DNA of 64,000 nucleotides from an uncultured Nitrososphaerales archaeon (GTDB lineage: Archaea; Thermoproteota; Nitrososphaeria; Nitrososphaerales; Nitrososphaeraceae). Below the pieces are notes generated by a model that was not told the origin of the DNA, did no database searches, and saw nothing but the letters and a program-made list of their open reading frames with translations. The translations under genes were made by a program, and so were the position numbers. The stretch spans positions 1 through 64,000 of the forward strand of contig CAWJCY010000003.1 of assembly GCA_963841565.1 (NCBI GenBank), in the 5' to 3' direction. Below are positions 19,199 through 30,497 of this stretch, in pieces (the first letter of the stretch is position 1; each line of letters opens with the position of its first letter).

Positions 19199-20453
19199 AT
19201 GATCGGAGATAAAGAGAGACAAGATGAGGTAAATGATGATTATATCGCAAATTCCAAATCTCCGAATAAAAGGGCTGGTGGTAATAATCAATTTGATTCA
19301 CGAAATCGTGATGATTATACGCAATTACACGACGATATAATCTTTCAAGGAATTTCTTCTGATTTCTGTGTATGTATGCTTGATGTAGTCAACTCGACGG
19401 CGATCACCTCTTCGTTGGCTCATGAAGACAAAATTAGAAAGTTTTACTCCCTATTTGTTAATTCAGTTTCACCTATAATTACACACTTTGGTGGAAGGGT
19501 TCTAAAGACAGGCGGTGACTCAATGATCTATTATTTTCCAAATACAGCTGAGGTAGCGCGCATCGAGGGCTTTAGGAATGTGCTTGAATGTGGGATATCT
19601 CTATTGGATTTGAGAAGCACGGTCAACAGCCTTTATAAAAAGGAAGGAATTCAGCCTATAGGGTATCGAATAAGCGCTGACTACGGCAGACTTGAGCTGA
19701 GCTGAGTCAAGGTTTTCAAGAGACCAGGATTTCTTTGGACCTACAATGAACTTGTGTGCCAAGATCAATAACAAGGCACCTCCCAACTCAATGGTTATAG
19801 GAGGCGATCTGCACCAGGTGCTCAAGAAACTGAATTCTCTAGAAAAACAGTTTCAATTTGAAGAAATATCTGAATTTTCGATCGGGCTTAAACAGAGATA
19901 CCCAATCCATTTAGTTGTACCAATGGATTTGGATCGTCGAGTGAAATATCCAGAATTAAAGGACCTTATACTACGCCAGCATGATGTTCGAAGACAAAAT
20001 GAACACGCTATGCAACAAATTCGTCTCACAGAGGAACTGCCGTCTCGGCTTAGTGTCGAAGGAGATGACACATTCCGAGGGAATATAATGCTAGTAGATG
20101 ATCAACCAGATATGCTCTTTACTTACCGATCCTTTCTTGAGGGTCAGGGATTTAAGGTCTATTCATTTACAGATCCTACTGTGGCACTGAGGCAATTTGC
20201 AAAAGAAGACTCGTCAAAATATGACCTTGTGGTAATGGATATTCGTATGCCCCAACTTAACGGCTTACAGCTTTACCAGAGGTTGAGGGCAATTAATTCA
20301 GCAGTTAGGATCCTTTTCGTAACAGCACTCGATGCGGCCGAGGAACTCATTTCATTGTTGCCTGACGTGGCGGCAAACCAAGTCATAATGAAACCTGTTA
20401 GTCGGGATAGATTTCTAAACTATGTGGATCTTGCAGTTAGAGAAAAGGGCTAG
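19199..20453 (+). CDS. Class III adenylate/guanylate cyclase fused to a C-terminal receiver domain (frameshift near 19700)
   Basis: VCMLDVVNST, KTGGDS, YRISADYG, FFGPTMNLCAKIN, then IMLVDDQPD, VVMDIRMP, FVTA, KP; removing one base at GAGCTGAGCTGAG joins the two ORFs. Confidence 0.85.
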
Positions 20454-20898
20454 CCTGGCATGACTTGCATCACTCTATTGGTCTGAATTGTAAGAGGTAA
20501 TGCTCGAAAATCCATACTTTCGATAGACTACTTCTATCAGTAGCTTTACTTTTAATCGTATCTCGTTGTCATTTGTTCTATAATTGATATATAATACTAG
20601 GCAACAATTACTATGCAATTGCTCAGGTATGAAGTTCATTACTAGATGTGGGAGGGTTAAGAATGAGAGACAAATCTTTAGCTGAGGCAGTAGTTGAGAT
20701 TTCTTGCTTGCAGCTAAGGACTATTGACTGCCCCACCTTTAGTAGGGGAAATAAATCCTTAGGCCAATCTGTGGTCTTTATGGTTTATTCCTCGCGTCAT
20801 CATCATCTGTTACTATGCTTTTGTGAACTGATCTTGATTTGTAAATTGCTTTTTACCTTGAGAACCAGAGGTGGAGAAGTATTACTTTAAAGAAAATA

Positions 20899-21249
20899 AT
20901 GCTAGTCGATGATGAGGAAGACATCGTACTATCAATTACTGCGAGCCTTGAACGCAGTGGCTTCGAAGTAGACGGGTTTACTGACCCAAACGTTGCCCTC
21001 CAACATTTCATAAAGGGAAAATATGTAATGGTGATTGTCGACATTCGAATGCCTGAAATAGATGGTTTTGAATTGTACGAGAAGTTAGAAGAAATCGATC
21101 AAGATGTGAAGGTTTGCTTCATTACTGGCTTTGATTTCAATTACCTTGCCCTGAGAGAAATTTATCCTTCTCTCAACTTTGGCTCTTTCATAAGGAAGCC
21201 GATTGAAACTAAAGAACTGCTCAACAAGATAAAGCTGGAGTTAGGCTGA
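20899..21249 (+). CDS. Single-domain response regulator (receiver)
   Basis: LVDDEED, VDIRMPEIDG, CFITG, IRKP. Confidence 0.92.
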   Translation: MLVDDEEDIVLSITASLERSGFEVDGFTDPNVALQHFIKGKYVMVIVDIRMPEIDGFELYEKLEEIDQDVKVCFITGFDFNYLALREIYPSLNFGSFIRKPIETKELLNKIKLELG

Positions 21250-21378
21250 CAATAATAAATAATAAAAATAAAAATAACAATAATGTGTGAATTGACCAAG
21301 AAAATGACTGGTCGTTGACTGGCTTTTTGACTTTGCAAGTTAAAGATGAAATTAAATCCACTTCATGCTATTTAGTTG

Positions 21379-22293
21379 TCAGAGCTGCTCAGCCGTCTTG
21401 CTCAGCGATTCAGTCAAACTCTCTATCTTCTTGGCAAATGGATGAGCAGGAAACTTTAAAGCGGTCAGGAATTCTTTTCGAAGGAACTGTATATCACAGT
21501 AGCATGGAATAGAGGACATTATCTTCATTCTCACCTCTCTCGCAAGCATTTCATCAGTATCCTCAGATGTTTCGATAATGATAGTCGAAGGTACAGATTT
21601 GTTACTGGTAGTCATTTCTGGCTTTGCAATTAGCGGATTTGGAGCACAATATCCAGATACTCTATTTAGCAACAGGAATGACTTGGTCCCAAATTTAGTG
21701 AAAGAGCTGTATATTTCTTCGGCCATTTTCTTTGTTCCTTCGATATCAAGGTCTCCCGCTTTAAGGGTCAGAAACAAAATATCTGCCACAGCTAATGCAT
21801 TGATAGACCAATATCTAATTCCGGGGCTAGTATCAATGACAATATAGTCTGCATCATAGTTTGTTATCAGCTGTTCTCTCAACAAGATGAACCTCCTTAA
21901 GAACTGCTTACGTGTGGTATCTGCACCTCCTTCGAGCTTGTATATCTCCTCCTTCCTCGCATTGCTAAATCCAACCCAGAGCTTACCTTTGACGTTATCA
22001 TCGGTGCCTCGAGGGGAAGTGGACCGCATCACCTTGCTTTGCGTATCGATTTCCGAAACTTTCGGGGTGAGATCTTGCATTACCTCCCCGATATCGGCTT
22101 CTGAGTAAAGATAGTCATTTATCCACTTTTTCGGTTCAATCATAAAATACGACTGAAGACTTGGAGCGTAAACATCCAAGTCCAGCAAACACACTCGGAA
22201 GCCCGACTTTGCCAATACAGCGGCAAAATTCCCAGCTAGTGTAGTCTTACCGGTACCACCCTTGTACGAGTGAAATGCGATACACTTCGTCAT
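21379..22293 (-). CDS. MinD/ParA-family ATPase
   Basis: Deviant Walker A SYKGGTGKTT, LLDLD..APSL, YIVIDTSPG. Confidence 0.9.
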   Translation of the reverse strand: MTKCIAFHSYKGGTGKTTLAGNFAAVLAKSGFRVCLLDLDVYAPSLQSYFMIEPKKWINDYLYSEADIGEVMQDLTPKVSEIDTQSKVMRSTSPRGTDDNVKGKLWVGFSNARKEEIYKLEGGADTTRKQFLRRFILLREQLITNYDADYIVIDTSPGIRYWSINALAVADILFLTLKAGDLDIEGTKKMAEEIYSSFTKFGTKSFLLLNRVSGYCAPNPLIAKPEMTTSNKSVPSTIIIETSEDTDEMLAREVRMKIMSSIPCYCDIQFLRKEFLTALKFPAHPFAKKIESLTESLSKTAEQL

Positions 22294-22377
22294 GCGCTAA
22301 GCACTATATTCGGTATTACTCTAATTCACTCATATAAAGAACTTTCCGCATTCCCACTTCAAAATTGCGTATATGCA

Positions 22378-22400
22378 AATTATGAAAAATTTTCATAATT
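22378..22400. promoter_or_regulatory. Perfect 11-bp inverted repeat AATTATGAAAA-A-TTTTCATAATT upstream of the MinD-like gene
   Basis: Read directly from the sequence; about 85-107 nt upstream of the start codon. Confidence 0.5.
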
Positions 22401-22600
22401 GAGGGATTTGCAAATAATTCATGATATTTTTCAGACCCAATTGCTCGAACATAATACGAAAATAGCCGTCATCTTTCACGGCACGGTGTGATACGATCCC
22501 TTTTTGTATACCATATCGTAAGTGAAGACGAGCTTTGCTTCGGTTCACTTTACTAAATTAACCTGGTTCGCAGAAATATTGTGCTTTAATGCACAAAAAA

Positions 22601-23194
22601 TTAAAGGTGTATTAGGCTACCTTGATCACCTGTATGAGGTGACTGACCAACAAACTTCCTTCTAAAGTGACCGGAGGGCCTTTTTGAGAGTAGTTCTATA
22701 AACCATGCTTCGTGTTCAACTTCCTCTTGCATAATGCGTTGAGCAATATCGTAGGTACGAGGGTCCTTACCTGTCGTCATATCACAGACTTCACCCCATG
22801 ATCTTATAGCACACTGTTCGGCCTCTAATAGAACCTTTAGGATCGAGTTAATATCTTCCCAATTATCTGGCAAATAAGCATCAGGACACCCTGCTTGATC
22901 AGCGAATTTCCTAATATCTCTGGGTAAGGCACCACCTAATTCATACAACCTGGGAACCATAGCCTCAAAGTGATTTCTATCTTCAATACGGGCATCTTCG
23001 ACTATTTCCTTAATTCCTTCTCCCTCGAGACCTGTGCAATGCATTCTCAAGATAGTATAATAATAATAAGTCGTGAATTCAGCGCCAACACCTTTCGTTA
23101 TTAGTTCCTTCAAGCGATCTACATTCACACCGTTCTTTTCTAGAACTTCTAAAGCCACTATCTTAGGGACTTTACTTTTTTCACTGGTTGTCAT
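22601..23194 (-). CDS. dps: DPS-like (DpsL) ferritin-superfamily DNA protection protein
   Basis: [55 protein letters not shown]; start MTTSEK at 23194. Confidence 0.9.
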   Translation of the reverse strand: MTTSEKSKVPKIVALEVLEKNGVNVDRLKELITKGVGAEFTTYYYYTILRMHCTGLEGEGIKEIVEDARIEDRNHFEAMVPRLYELGGALPRDIRKFADQAGCPDAYLPDNWEDINSILKVLLEAEQCAIRSWGEVCDMTTGKDPRTYDIAQRIMQEEVEHEAWFIELLSKRPSGHFRRKFVGQSPHTGDQGSLIHL

Positions 23195-23432
23195 ACCAAG
23201 AGATATTTTACTATTATATAAAAGGGTTCGTTTGAACCTTCTTCGTTTCGAATGCAGTCGGTCATCGGCGGATGTTATTATCAATAATCAAATCCACCCT
23301 TTTATTTAAGGAGGGAAAAGAATAGAACTTCTCGTTAGAGAATAAAGACCATATCAGGTGACCTCACCAGAATGGAAAAAGTCCATCATCATTTTTCTAA
23401 CGGCTGAGCATTTAAAGGTAGACAGATAAGGG

Positions 23433-25124
23433 TCATTCGATCGGAATCGTAAAGGAAAAGGCTCCCCCTTCTCTTTCTTGGGGGTATCTGCCCATATCTC
23501 ACCACCGTGGGCTTCAACAATGTTCTTTGAAATGAAAAGTCCTAAACCCATACCCTTCTCTGACTTTGACGCGAATTTCTTGAACAATTTAGGCATTATT
23601 TCTGGATCTATCCCTTTTCCTGTGTCTTCAACTCGTACTAGCAGCATTTTATTCCAGCTGTTGCCATTATCACGCTTCTTTAAATCTCGTATACTATTCT
23701 CCTCTGATACTGAAACAGTAACCATGTCACCTTCGTTGGAGAATTTAATTGCATTTCCAACGAGGTTAGTCATTACTTGAGTTAATCTTGATCTATCTGC
23801 CTTAACAGAGAGAGAAGATCCTTTGCCTGCTGATCCAAAGGCTATTGATGATTCAGAATGACTAGTAGGCAGGGCAGAATCAAATTTTGTTTTCTTATCT
23901 TGATTATAAACTAGTCTTACGTTCCTAGAAATTTCAGATTCATCCAAGGCATCGTTAAGTACGCCGATCACTATTTCGTCAATATTCAGAGGTTCCTTCT
24001 GGAGTTCTAATGATTTATTCTCAATTCTTGTGATGTCCAAAATGTTCTCTGTTAATTCCTTAAGCCTCTTCGCATTACGTATAATAACAGAAAGAAGTTC
24101 TCTCTGTTTTTCCATTTGCACCTCTTGTCTTGATTTAAGAACTTCTGCAAGGCCTAAAATTGGTTGGATAGGAGCACGAAGTTCGTGAGCAGCAATACTG
24201 ATAAATTCTCTTTGGTCGGTTTGCTGATCCTTCAGCTGTGTACAAAGTGAATTCACCTGCTCAATTAATTCAACTTGCTTCCAAAGACTTTCGAATATCG
24301 CAACATAAGAAATGGCAGCAGACTTTGAGTTAGAATAAACCGCGGATCTGAGTGCTTGCTGTATATCGTCCTGTGAATCGTCTTTTAGTTCGACGGCCAA
24401 AGAAAGTTTTCTATCCACCACAACGACGGTCACCTTAGTCTGTAATGTAGCTTCCATGTTTCTCACAATCACGTTATCCAGCTTAGTCCCTAAAACAACG
24501 GATGCTAATTCTACGTCCCGGTCTGCTGGAGTAAGAATTCTCACTTCAAGATCTTTTCTGGAAGAAGTGACTTCCTTAATCAATTCTGGCCCGCCAATCG
24601 ATATCTGTCTCCTAAAGGCATTTGCAGTAGAAAACATAATTAGTACTTCCTTCTTCGCGGATCGTATCATCTCAAATGCTACATGTATAATTTTATGTGG
24701 CTCTTCGATTATCTGAATAATATCTTGGGCATCTACTCTCCTTTTGAGACTCATTTTGCATTTGAATCATTTCGCCCTCATCTGGAGTAACTCTATTCCA
24801 AAAGGGATCGGAAATGAACTGCTCCAGACCCAACAGACCAGTTAATCTTTCACCATAGACACTCTTCAAACGTTTGAACATAACTGCGCAATCAGGTGAA
24901 TCAAATTCATAGTTCGTGCCTTCAACGGTTTCTATTATTGGAGAGTAGCTTACATTGTCACCACCAGCACTGGTGCTGCGAGGACCCTGTGTTTCTATCT
25001 TAATCTGCTTACCACAAAGAGCACATTTTCCTTGTGGGTCAGATGACTTGCTTGGTGGCTTTTGTCCAGAAATACCCAAGCTAAAGGGGCGTTCATCGTT
25101 GTCTTCCTTTCTTCCGTTATCCAT
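23433..25124 (-). CDS. Sensor histidine kinase with N-terminal TRASH/YHS-like Cys motif (two apparent frameshifts)
   Basis: CALCG...YEFDSPDC in 24693..25124 overlapping the kinase ORF; AAHELRAP H-box, NLVGNAIKF, DTGKGI, GMGLGL; adding one G in a G-run near 23465 gives the canonical end GAFSFTIPIE*. Confidence 0.8.
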
Positions 25125-25308
25125 AATCTAATGCTACCATCCCTTCGCACCCTGTAAATTCCAAGATTGTCCCAACTGCGACATTACACTGTTCTATATC
25201 CTTATGACAGGACACACCCAACTATTCCTTAATTCTATGTGATTTAATATTTTCGCTTTCACCTATGCATCGTTCGTAGAAAACAAAGTGTTATTGACAC
25301 CCACTGCA

Positions 25309-26796
25309 TTACTGACTGAATCCATACTCTCCCCATCTGTTCGAGACGTGAGTCTGAGTTTCTTCGTCAACGGTGGCCAAAACTTGTATCTCCCGACTAA
25401 ATCCCTCCTGATGCCATTTTGTTGTCGCGTCAATTCCAACTTTAGACCCTAGGTTAAGGAGAGGTGATGAAGGATCTAGAGTATCAGTTGGTGCGTTCTC
25501 GATAAACATTAAATCGCGTTTAGGATCGGTTCTTGTTGTCACTGCCCAAATGACTTCATCCATGTCGTGTACATTTATGTCGTGATCTACTGTAACGAAC
25601 ATCTTAGTCAGGGAGAGCTGTCCCATTCCCCAAAGTCCCATCATTACCTTCTTAGCCTGTCCCGGATATCGTTTCTTGATAGAAATAATCGCAAGTCCTT
25701 GAAACCACGCTGCAGGGGGCATTGAGAAATCAACTACCTCTGGATGGAACATCTGTATCAGAGGCAAGAATGACCGTTCTATGACCTTCCCTATGTAAGC
25801 ATCTTCAAGGATCGGTTTGCCTACAACTGTAGTGAGATATATCGGATTCTTTCTCATGGTTATGCAGGTCAGATTGAAACACGGATAGGGCTCAGGAGGA
25901 GTATAGTAACCCGTATGATCACCAAATGGTCCTTCCATTTGCATATCATCTGAGTCGACATAGCCTTCCAATACTATCTCCGCATTTGCAGGAACCTCAA
26001 GATCTATTGTATTACATTTGACTAACTTTAAGCCCTTCTTCCTTACGATTCCTGAGAACAGATATTTGTCCATCCCTTCTGGAACTGGTGCCACAGCACT
26101 AAACAAAGTCGCCGGATCTGCTCCAATTACGACTGCGACTGCAATTTGTCGATCTCTACTACCTTCTGCTTCATTTTTTGACCATTTATCTTTCATTATC
26201 TCTAGATGTTGTGCTCCACGTTTATGTATCTGCCAATGCATTATTGCCTTCCTTGCATTCAAGATTTGCATCCTGTATACTCCCATGTTAGTAACCTCAG
26301 TGTCAGGATGTTTTGTCACCGTTAGGCCAAAAGTGATGAATTTTCCTGCATCACCTTTGAATGACCTCAGTATTGGAAGAGTATAAAGATCCGCTTCCTC
26401 TTGGGTTAGCACAAGTTCTTTGACCGGGCCATTGTCGATGTGCTTCGGACCATAGTCCGAAATTTCAGAAAGCTCGGGCAGCATTCTAAGCTTGCCAAAA
26501 ACACCGGTGGGCATTTTCATTCTTGTGAGATCTACGATCCGATTACCTATCTGGGAAAAATCATCTTCTTCCAGTGCTAAACTCAACCGCTCATTTGATC
26601 CGAATGTATTTCCCAATATTGGGATTGTATAACCTTTGACATTCTCAAAAAGAACTGCAGGCTTATCCTTATCGTACATGAGTCTGCGCATTATTTCAGC
26701 CACTTCTAATTCAGGATCCACTAAAGTCTTTACTCGGGTCAGTTGTCCCTTTTGTTCTAGAACATCAACTAGATCTCTTAGACTCTCAAGAGGCAT
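25309..26796 (-). CDS. UbiD-family (prFMN) decarboxylase, menaquinone-biosynthesis type
   Basis: NMGVYRMQ, VPANAEIVLEG, EGPFGDHTGYY, DTLDPSS, SKVGIDAT. Confidence 0.92.
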   Translation of the reverse strand: MPLESLRDLVDVLEQKGQLTRVKTLVDPELEVAEIMRRLMYDKDKPAVLFENVKGYTIPILGNTFGSNERLSLALEEDDFSQIGNRIVDLTRMKMPTGVFGKLRMLPELSEISDYGPKHIDNGPVKELVLTQEEADLYTLPILRSFKGDAGKFITFGLTVTKHPDTEVTNMGVYRMQILNARKAIMHWQIHKRGAQHLEIMKDKWSKNEAEGSRDRQIAVAVVIGADPATLFSAVAPVPEGMDKYLFSGIVRKKGLKLVKCNTIDLEVPANAEIVLEGYVDSDDMQMEGPFGDHTGYYTPPEPYPCFNLTCITMRKNPIYLTTVVGKPILEDAYIGKVIERSFLPLIQMFHPEVVDFSMPPAAWFQGLAIISIKKRYPGQAKKVMMGLWGMGQLSLTKMFVTVDHDINVHDMDEVIWAVTTRTDPKRDLMFIENAPTDTLDPSSPLLNLGSKVGIDATTKWHQEGFSREIQVLATVDEETQTHVSNRWGEYGFSQ

Positions 26797-27142
26797 GGAA
26801 CGGTAATGTCGTTGCTCTTAACTAATAAATGAATTCAATTAGTACTAAATCTGATTACTGTAGTCTGCCAATATACATTAGAAGAATACGGGTAGCGTAT
26901 ATCGAGAGAAGTGCCATGTGGAATCACTATAAAGTGCTATCACTACCATCCGGACTCGCAACTGATTTTACGGCGAGGGACTCGACTTGAGAAGTGAGGC
27001 GTTGAAAGGAGAAAATAATCAATAGTTTAAAGGGCAGTTCGAAAGAATGCGAATAGCAACTGAATGGCTGAGCAGAAGGGTATCAAACAGATTAAGTCTA
27101 TAAGGTACTCTAACATGTTTACCCAATGTGCAATAAGCTTAT

Positions 27143-27919
27143 TTGGCAAAAATTGTAGTAAAGGATGTAACTAAAAGATTTGCAGAAAGCAGGACAGGGA
27201 CAGAAGTAACAGCCATAGAAGACATAAATTTTAGTATTGACGAAGGGCAGTTCGTTTGTCTAGTGGGTCCATCTGGTTGCGGTAAATCTACTATGCTGAA
27301 TATTCTTGCTGGTCTGGAAAATCCTTCAAGTGGGACTGTGATACTTAATGGAAACCCTATTGTTGGGACTGGACCAGATCGGATTATGGTTTTCCAGGAA
27401 AATGCCCTTTTTCCGTGGTTAAAAGTAATTGAAAACGTTGAATTTGGCCTGAAAATGGCTGGGGTAGATAAGGCTAAACGCTATGAGATAGCGATAAGAT
27501 ATCTTGATATGATGCAATTAACTAAATTCTCTCAATCGTATATCTATCAACTTTCTGGTGGAATGAAACAGAGGGTCGCTATCGCTCGAGCATTGGTAAT
27601 GGATCCCGAGGTACTTCTAATGGACGAGCCATTCGCGGCGTTGGACTCCCAGACCCGCGATTTACTATTAGTAGAATTACAGCTAATTTGGGCAAAGACT
27701 AGGAAAACGATTGTCTTTGTGACTCACAACATTCTTGAATCAGTCTGTCTTGGGGACAAGGTTATTGTCTTTACAAGTAGACCAGGACATTTAAAGAAGG
27801 AGATCGCTGTCGATTATAGAAGACCTCGACTCAGCGAGGATAGTAACCTTCAACCATACTACCGTACTATATTGGATGAAGTAAAGTCCGAAATGATAGC
27901 TGCAAAAAAGCTGGAATAG
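27143..27919 (+). CDS. ABC transporter ATP-binding protein (NitT/TauT type)
   Basis: GPSGCGKST, LSGGMKQRVAIARAL, LLMDEPFAALD, VTH. Confidence 0.93.
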   Translation: MAKIVVKDVTKRFAESRTGTEVTAIEDINFSIDEGQFVCLVGPSGCGKSTMLNILAGLENPSSGTVILNGNPIVGTGPDRIMVFQENALFPWLKVIENVEFGLKMAGVDKAKRYEIAIRYLDMMQLTKFSQSYIYQLSGGMKQRVAIARALVMDPEVLLMDEPFAALDSQTRDLLLVELQLIWAKTRKTIVFVTHNILESVCLGDKVIVFTSRPGHLKKEIAVDYRRPRLSEDSNLQPYYRTILDEVKSEMIAAKKLE

Positions 27920-27991
27920 AATTGATACGGAAAAATGAAAATCGCTCAGGATCTTTCAAATCAACCTGTACAGTTCACGAAATTGAAGGCT

Positions 27992-28762
27992 TTAAACCTG
28001 ATTTGATATAACCTTTAGGATGTCAATTGCAGCTGAGAAATGATTTGGTGAGGTGAGCAGGACTTCGTCAGCAATCTTATTCGCTTCAATTATGAAGCTG
28101 ACTGGGTCTTTTGAATACTCGTGCCAGTCTAACCGTATCTTCTGAGCCGACTTGAGATTCTTCTCTGAAGGAATCATTATACATGCTACAATTTTTATGC
28201 CATGCTGTTTTGCCAAGTCAGCGAGTTCCCCCAAGTCATCTAGAGATTCGATAGATTGAGTAACCAAGGAGTGTGGCCTCGAGAATATCTTTTTTTCAAT
28301 CTGAAGTTTGTCAATAGCCTTCGAAGGAACGGCCAGGCTAAAATCGATGTATCTATCATAATGTTCACTTTGCAAAACCTTAAGAATTTCGGTCGGTCTC
28401 AAGTTAGAGGTCGATAAATCTGGTCCTAGTTCATCCCCTTTCAATATGAGTATACTTTCGAGTCCCAACAGGATTGCATCTCCAACAAATTGCATAAATG
28501 AGGTATAATTGCGATCACGAGCCCTTAAGCTGCAGCTAATAGGTAAACTGTTTCCAGCATGTCTGATGAAGTGGGCAAAAGAAATGCCCGAAATTCTTGG
28601 GACCCCCAGGACTGAATCAGTGATGTGGATTCCATCAACTAACCCAACCAATTCACTTGCCCTCTTAACCAATGACGATAACGATCCTCGTAATCCGTGT
28701 TCCTCAAAGTAGCGATTCTGTATTGTTTTTGGAGGATTTAGTTCAAATCGTATCTTTTTCAT
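27992..28762 (-). CDS. Methylenetetrahydrofolate reductase-like (MetF-like) protein
   Basis: FELNPPK, IHITDSVLG.PR, SLRARDRN, LILKGD, VTQ. Confidence 0.7.
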   Translation of the reverse strand: MKKIRFELNPPKTIQNRYFEEHGLRGSLSSLVKRASELVGLVDGIHITDSVLGVPRISGISFAHFIRHAGNSLPISCSLRARDRNYTSFMQFVGDAILLGLESILILKGDELGPDLSTSNLRPTEILKVLQSEHYDRYIDFSLAVPSKAIDKLQIEKKIFSRPHSLVTQSIESLDDLGELADLAKQHGIKIVACIMIPSEKNLKSAQKIRLDWHEYSKDPVSFIIEANKIADEVLLTSPNHFSAAIDILKVISNQV

Positions 28763-29174
28763 TTGTCCATCAGCGGGCTCTTTTATACAGAACGTCTAGA
28801 TGTCCAAAAATAAGGCATTGTTGAATAATTACATATTGAAGGGCGAGCACGTTCACTCTTAACAAATTCGCCATGTAATTATTAAATGCTTTTTAAAAGC
28901 TACATCTGTTTACCTCTTATTCGAAGTTCTAGAATGGATTACGAAGAATAATAATGGATTAGAGCCTCCTTCTATAATTGCAAACAATCTTAGACTCATT
29001 CAATCTTGTTTTTTTACCTAAGGCAGGGCATAGGTCCTGTATTCTACCATTGTTCGTTTTGATTTGGCCATATTCAGACAGACGACTCTCAATTAAACTT
29101 GTATTGGTTGGTCCACTATCAAATGTGTCCTTCCTCTTAAGCGAAATATAGATACCCATCTGATAACATATCGT

Positions 29175-29750
29175 ATGATCATGGACAAGGCGGATCTCCT
29201 TGCAAGAATCATGCCCCACTTAAGTTGGCCATCATCGCTGGGAAATTCGATTTACGACACATTTAGTCTATCCTCTGTAGTTGTTCTCATACACTTTACT
29301 CGATCTTCTCCTCATGTTCTTTTGACCAAAAGAAGTTCTAACCTCAGATCACATGGAGGAGAGATATCATTTCCCGGAGGCCGATATACCAAGGGAGACG
29401 AAAATTTACTGAATACTGCTATTCGAGAAACGGGTGAGGAGATAGGCATCAAACTTACAGCAAGAGACATTTTAGGCTCTCTTAAGGCAGTGAAGACTCT
29501 TACCTCGAATTTTTTTATCGTCCCGTTCGTCAGCATTCTACAGAATATCGATCAACCTATTCCATTCGCAGACGAGGTCGAAGCTGTATTGGATCTTCCT
29601 CTGGTGTCCCTACTATCCACGATGAGTCCAGACACAGAACATGTTTCGATTGACGAACTATACAAATTCAATTACGATTCATACTTGATCTGGGGAGCGA
29701 CTGCCAGAATCCTCAAACAGCTAAATGATTTCATCATCCCGTTACGTTAA
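29175..29750 (+). CDS. Nudix hydrolase, CoA pyrophosphatase type
   Basis: LLTKRS..LRSH.GEISFPGG, AIRETGEEIG Nudix box, IWGATARIL. Confidence 0.92.
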   Translation: MIMDKADLLARIMPHLSWPSSLGNSIYDTFSLSSVVVLIHFTRSSPHVLLTKRSSNLRSHGGEISFPGGRYTKGDENLLNTAIRETGEEIGIKLTARDILGSLKAVKTLTSNFFIVPFVSILQNIDQPIPFADEVEAVLDLPLVSLLSTMSPDTEHVSIDELYKFNYDSYLIWGATARILKQLNDFIIPLR

Positions 29751-30089
29751 GAGCTAGTTTTTGCGCTAGGTTATTTTTTAATATACACATTCGAATAAGA
29801 CGGTAATCTGGGGCCAGGATACGGCACCATCAAATTCTTGACCCTCTTCTTTTTCGCAGACTTATTAGAATAAATGCATGTGAAATTACGAGACAGTAAA
29901 AGCAGTAGAAGCAGCAACACTTGGAGGCAATAGATGTGAGCGAGGTGGAGATTTGACTACCACGCAGACTATCCCCTACCAGCTATTGAGTAGATTTAAC
30001 CCATTACACCCAAAGGAAAGTACAACTAGACCTTTGATCTTATGTACGCATTTTCATAATTTACCCAAGGACATGGGGAGACTTTGTAG

Positions 30090-30335
30090 ATGATGAGAGT
30101 GCTTGATCTTGTTGGGAGGATTCTTACACACGGAAATCACGTAGAAGTCAAGAAATCGACTCAAGGTTTAATGTTAATAGTCAGACCCCAAAAAGTTCTC
30201 TCTCGTGACATGGGTGGTCTGATAAGAGAGGGAGGTTTTAAACTCCAGCGATGCTATAGCGAGCCGGGAGGAAGAGCAGTACTAGTGTTCCTAAACGACC
30301 GAGTTAAGGATGGCGAATATGTTGAATTTGGGTAG
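30090..30335 (+). CDS. Small hypothetical protein
   Basis: 81-aa ORF, no recognised motif. Confidence 0.45.
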   Translation: MMRVLDLVGRILTHGNHVEVKKSTQGLMLIVRPQKVLSRDMGGLIREGGFKLQRCYSEPGGRAVLVFLNDRVKDGEYVEFG

Positions 30336-30497
30336 GTAGGTAGCTGGTTGCTATGTGTATCCTTAATTGCTGCCAACTACATGTAGTGTGCAGCAATGCT
30401 TACAGGTTTAATATCATTTTGATGCATATAAAATAAAGCGAAAAGAAGAAAAAGTGAAATAACAACAACAGCAATTCAGACAAGCATTATCTTAACT

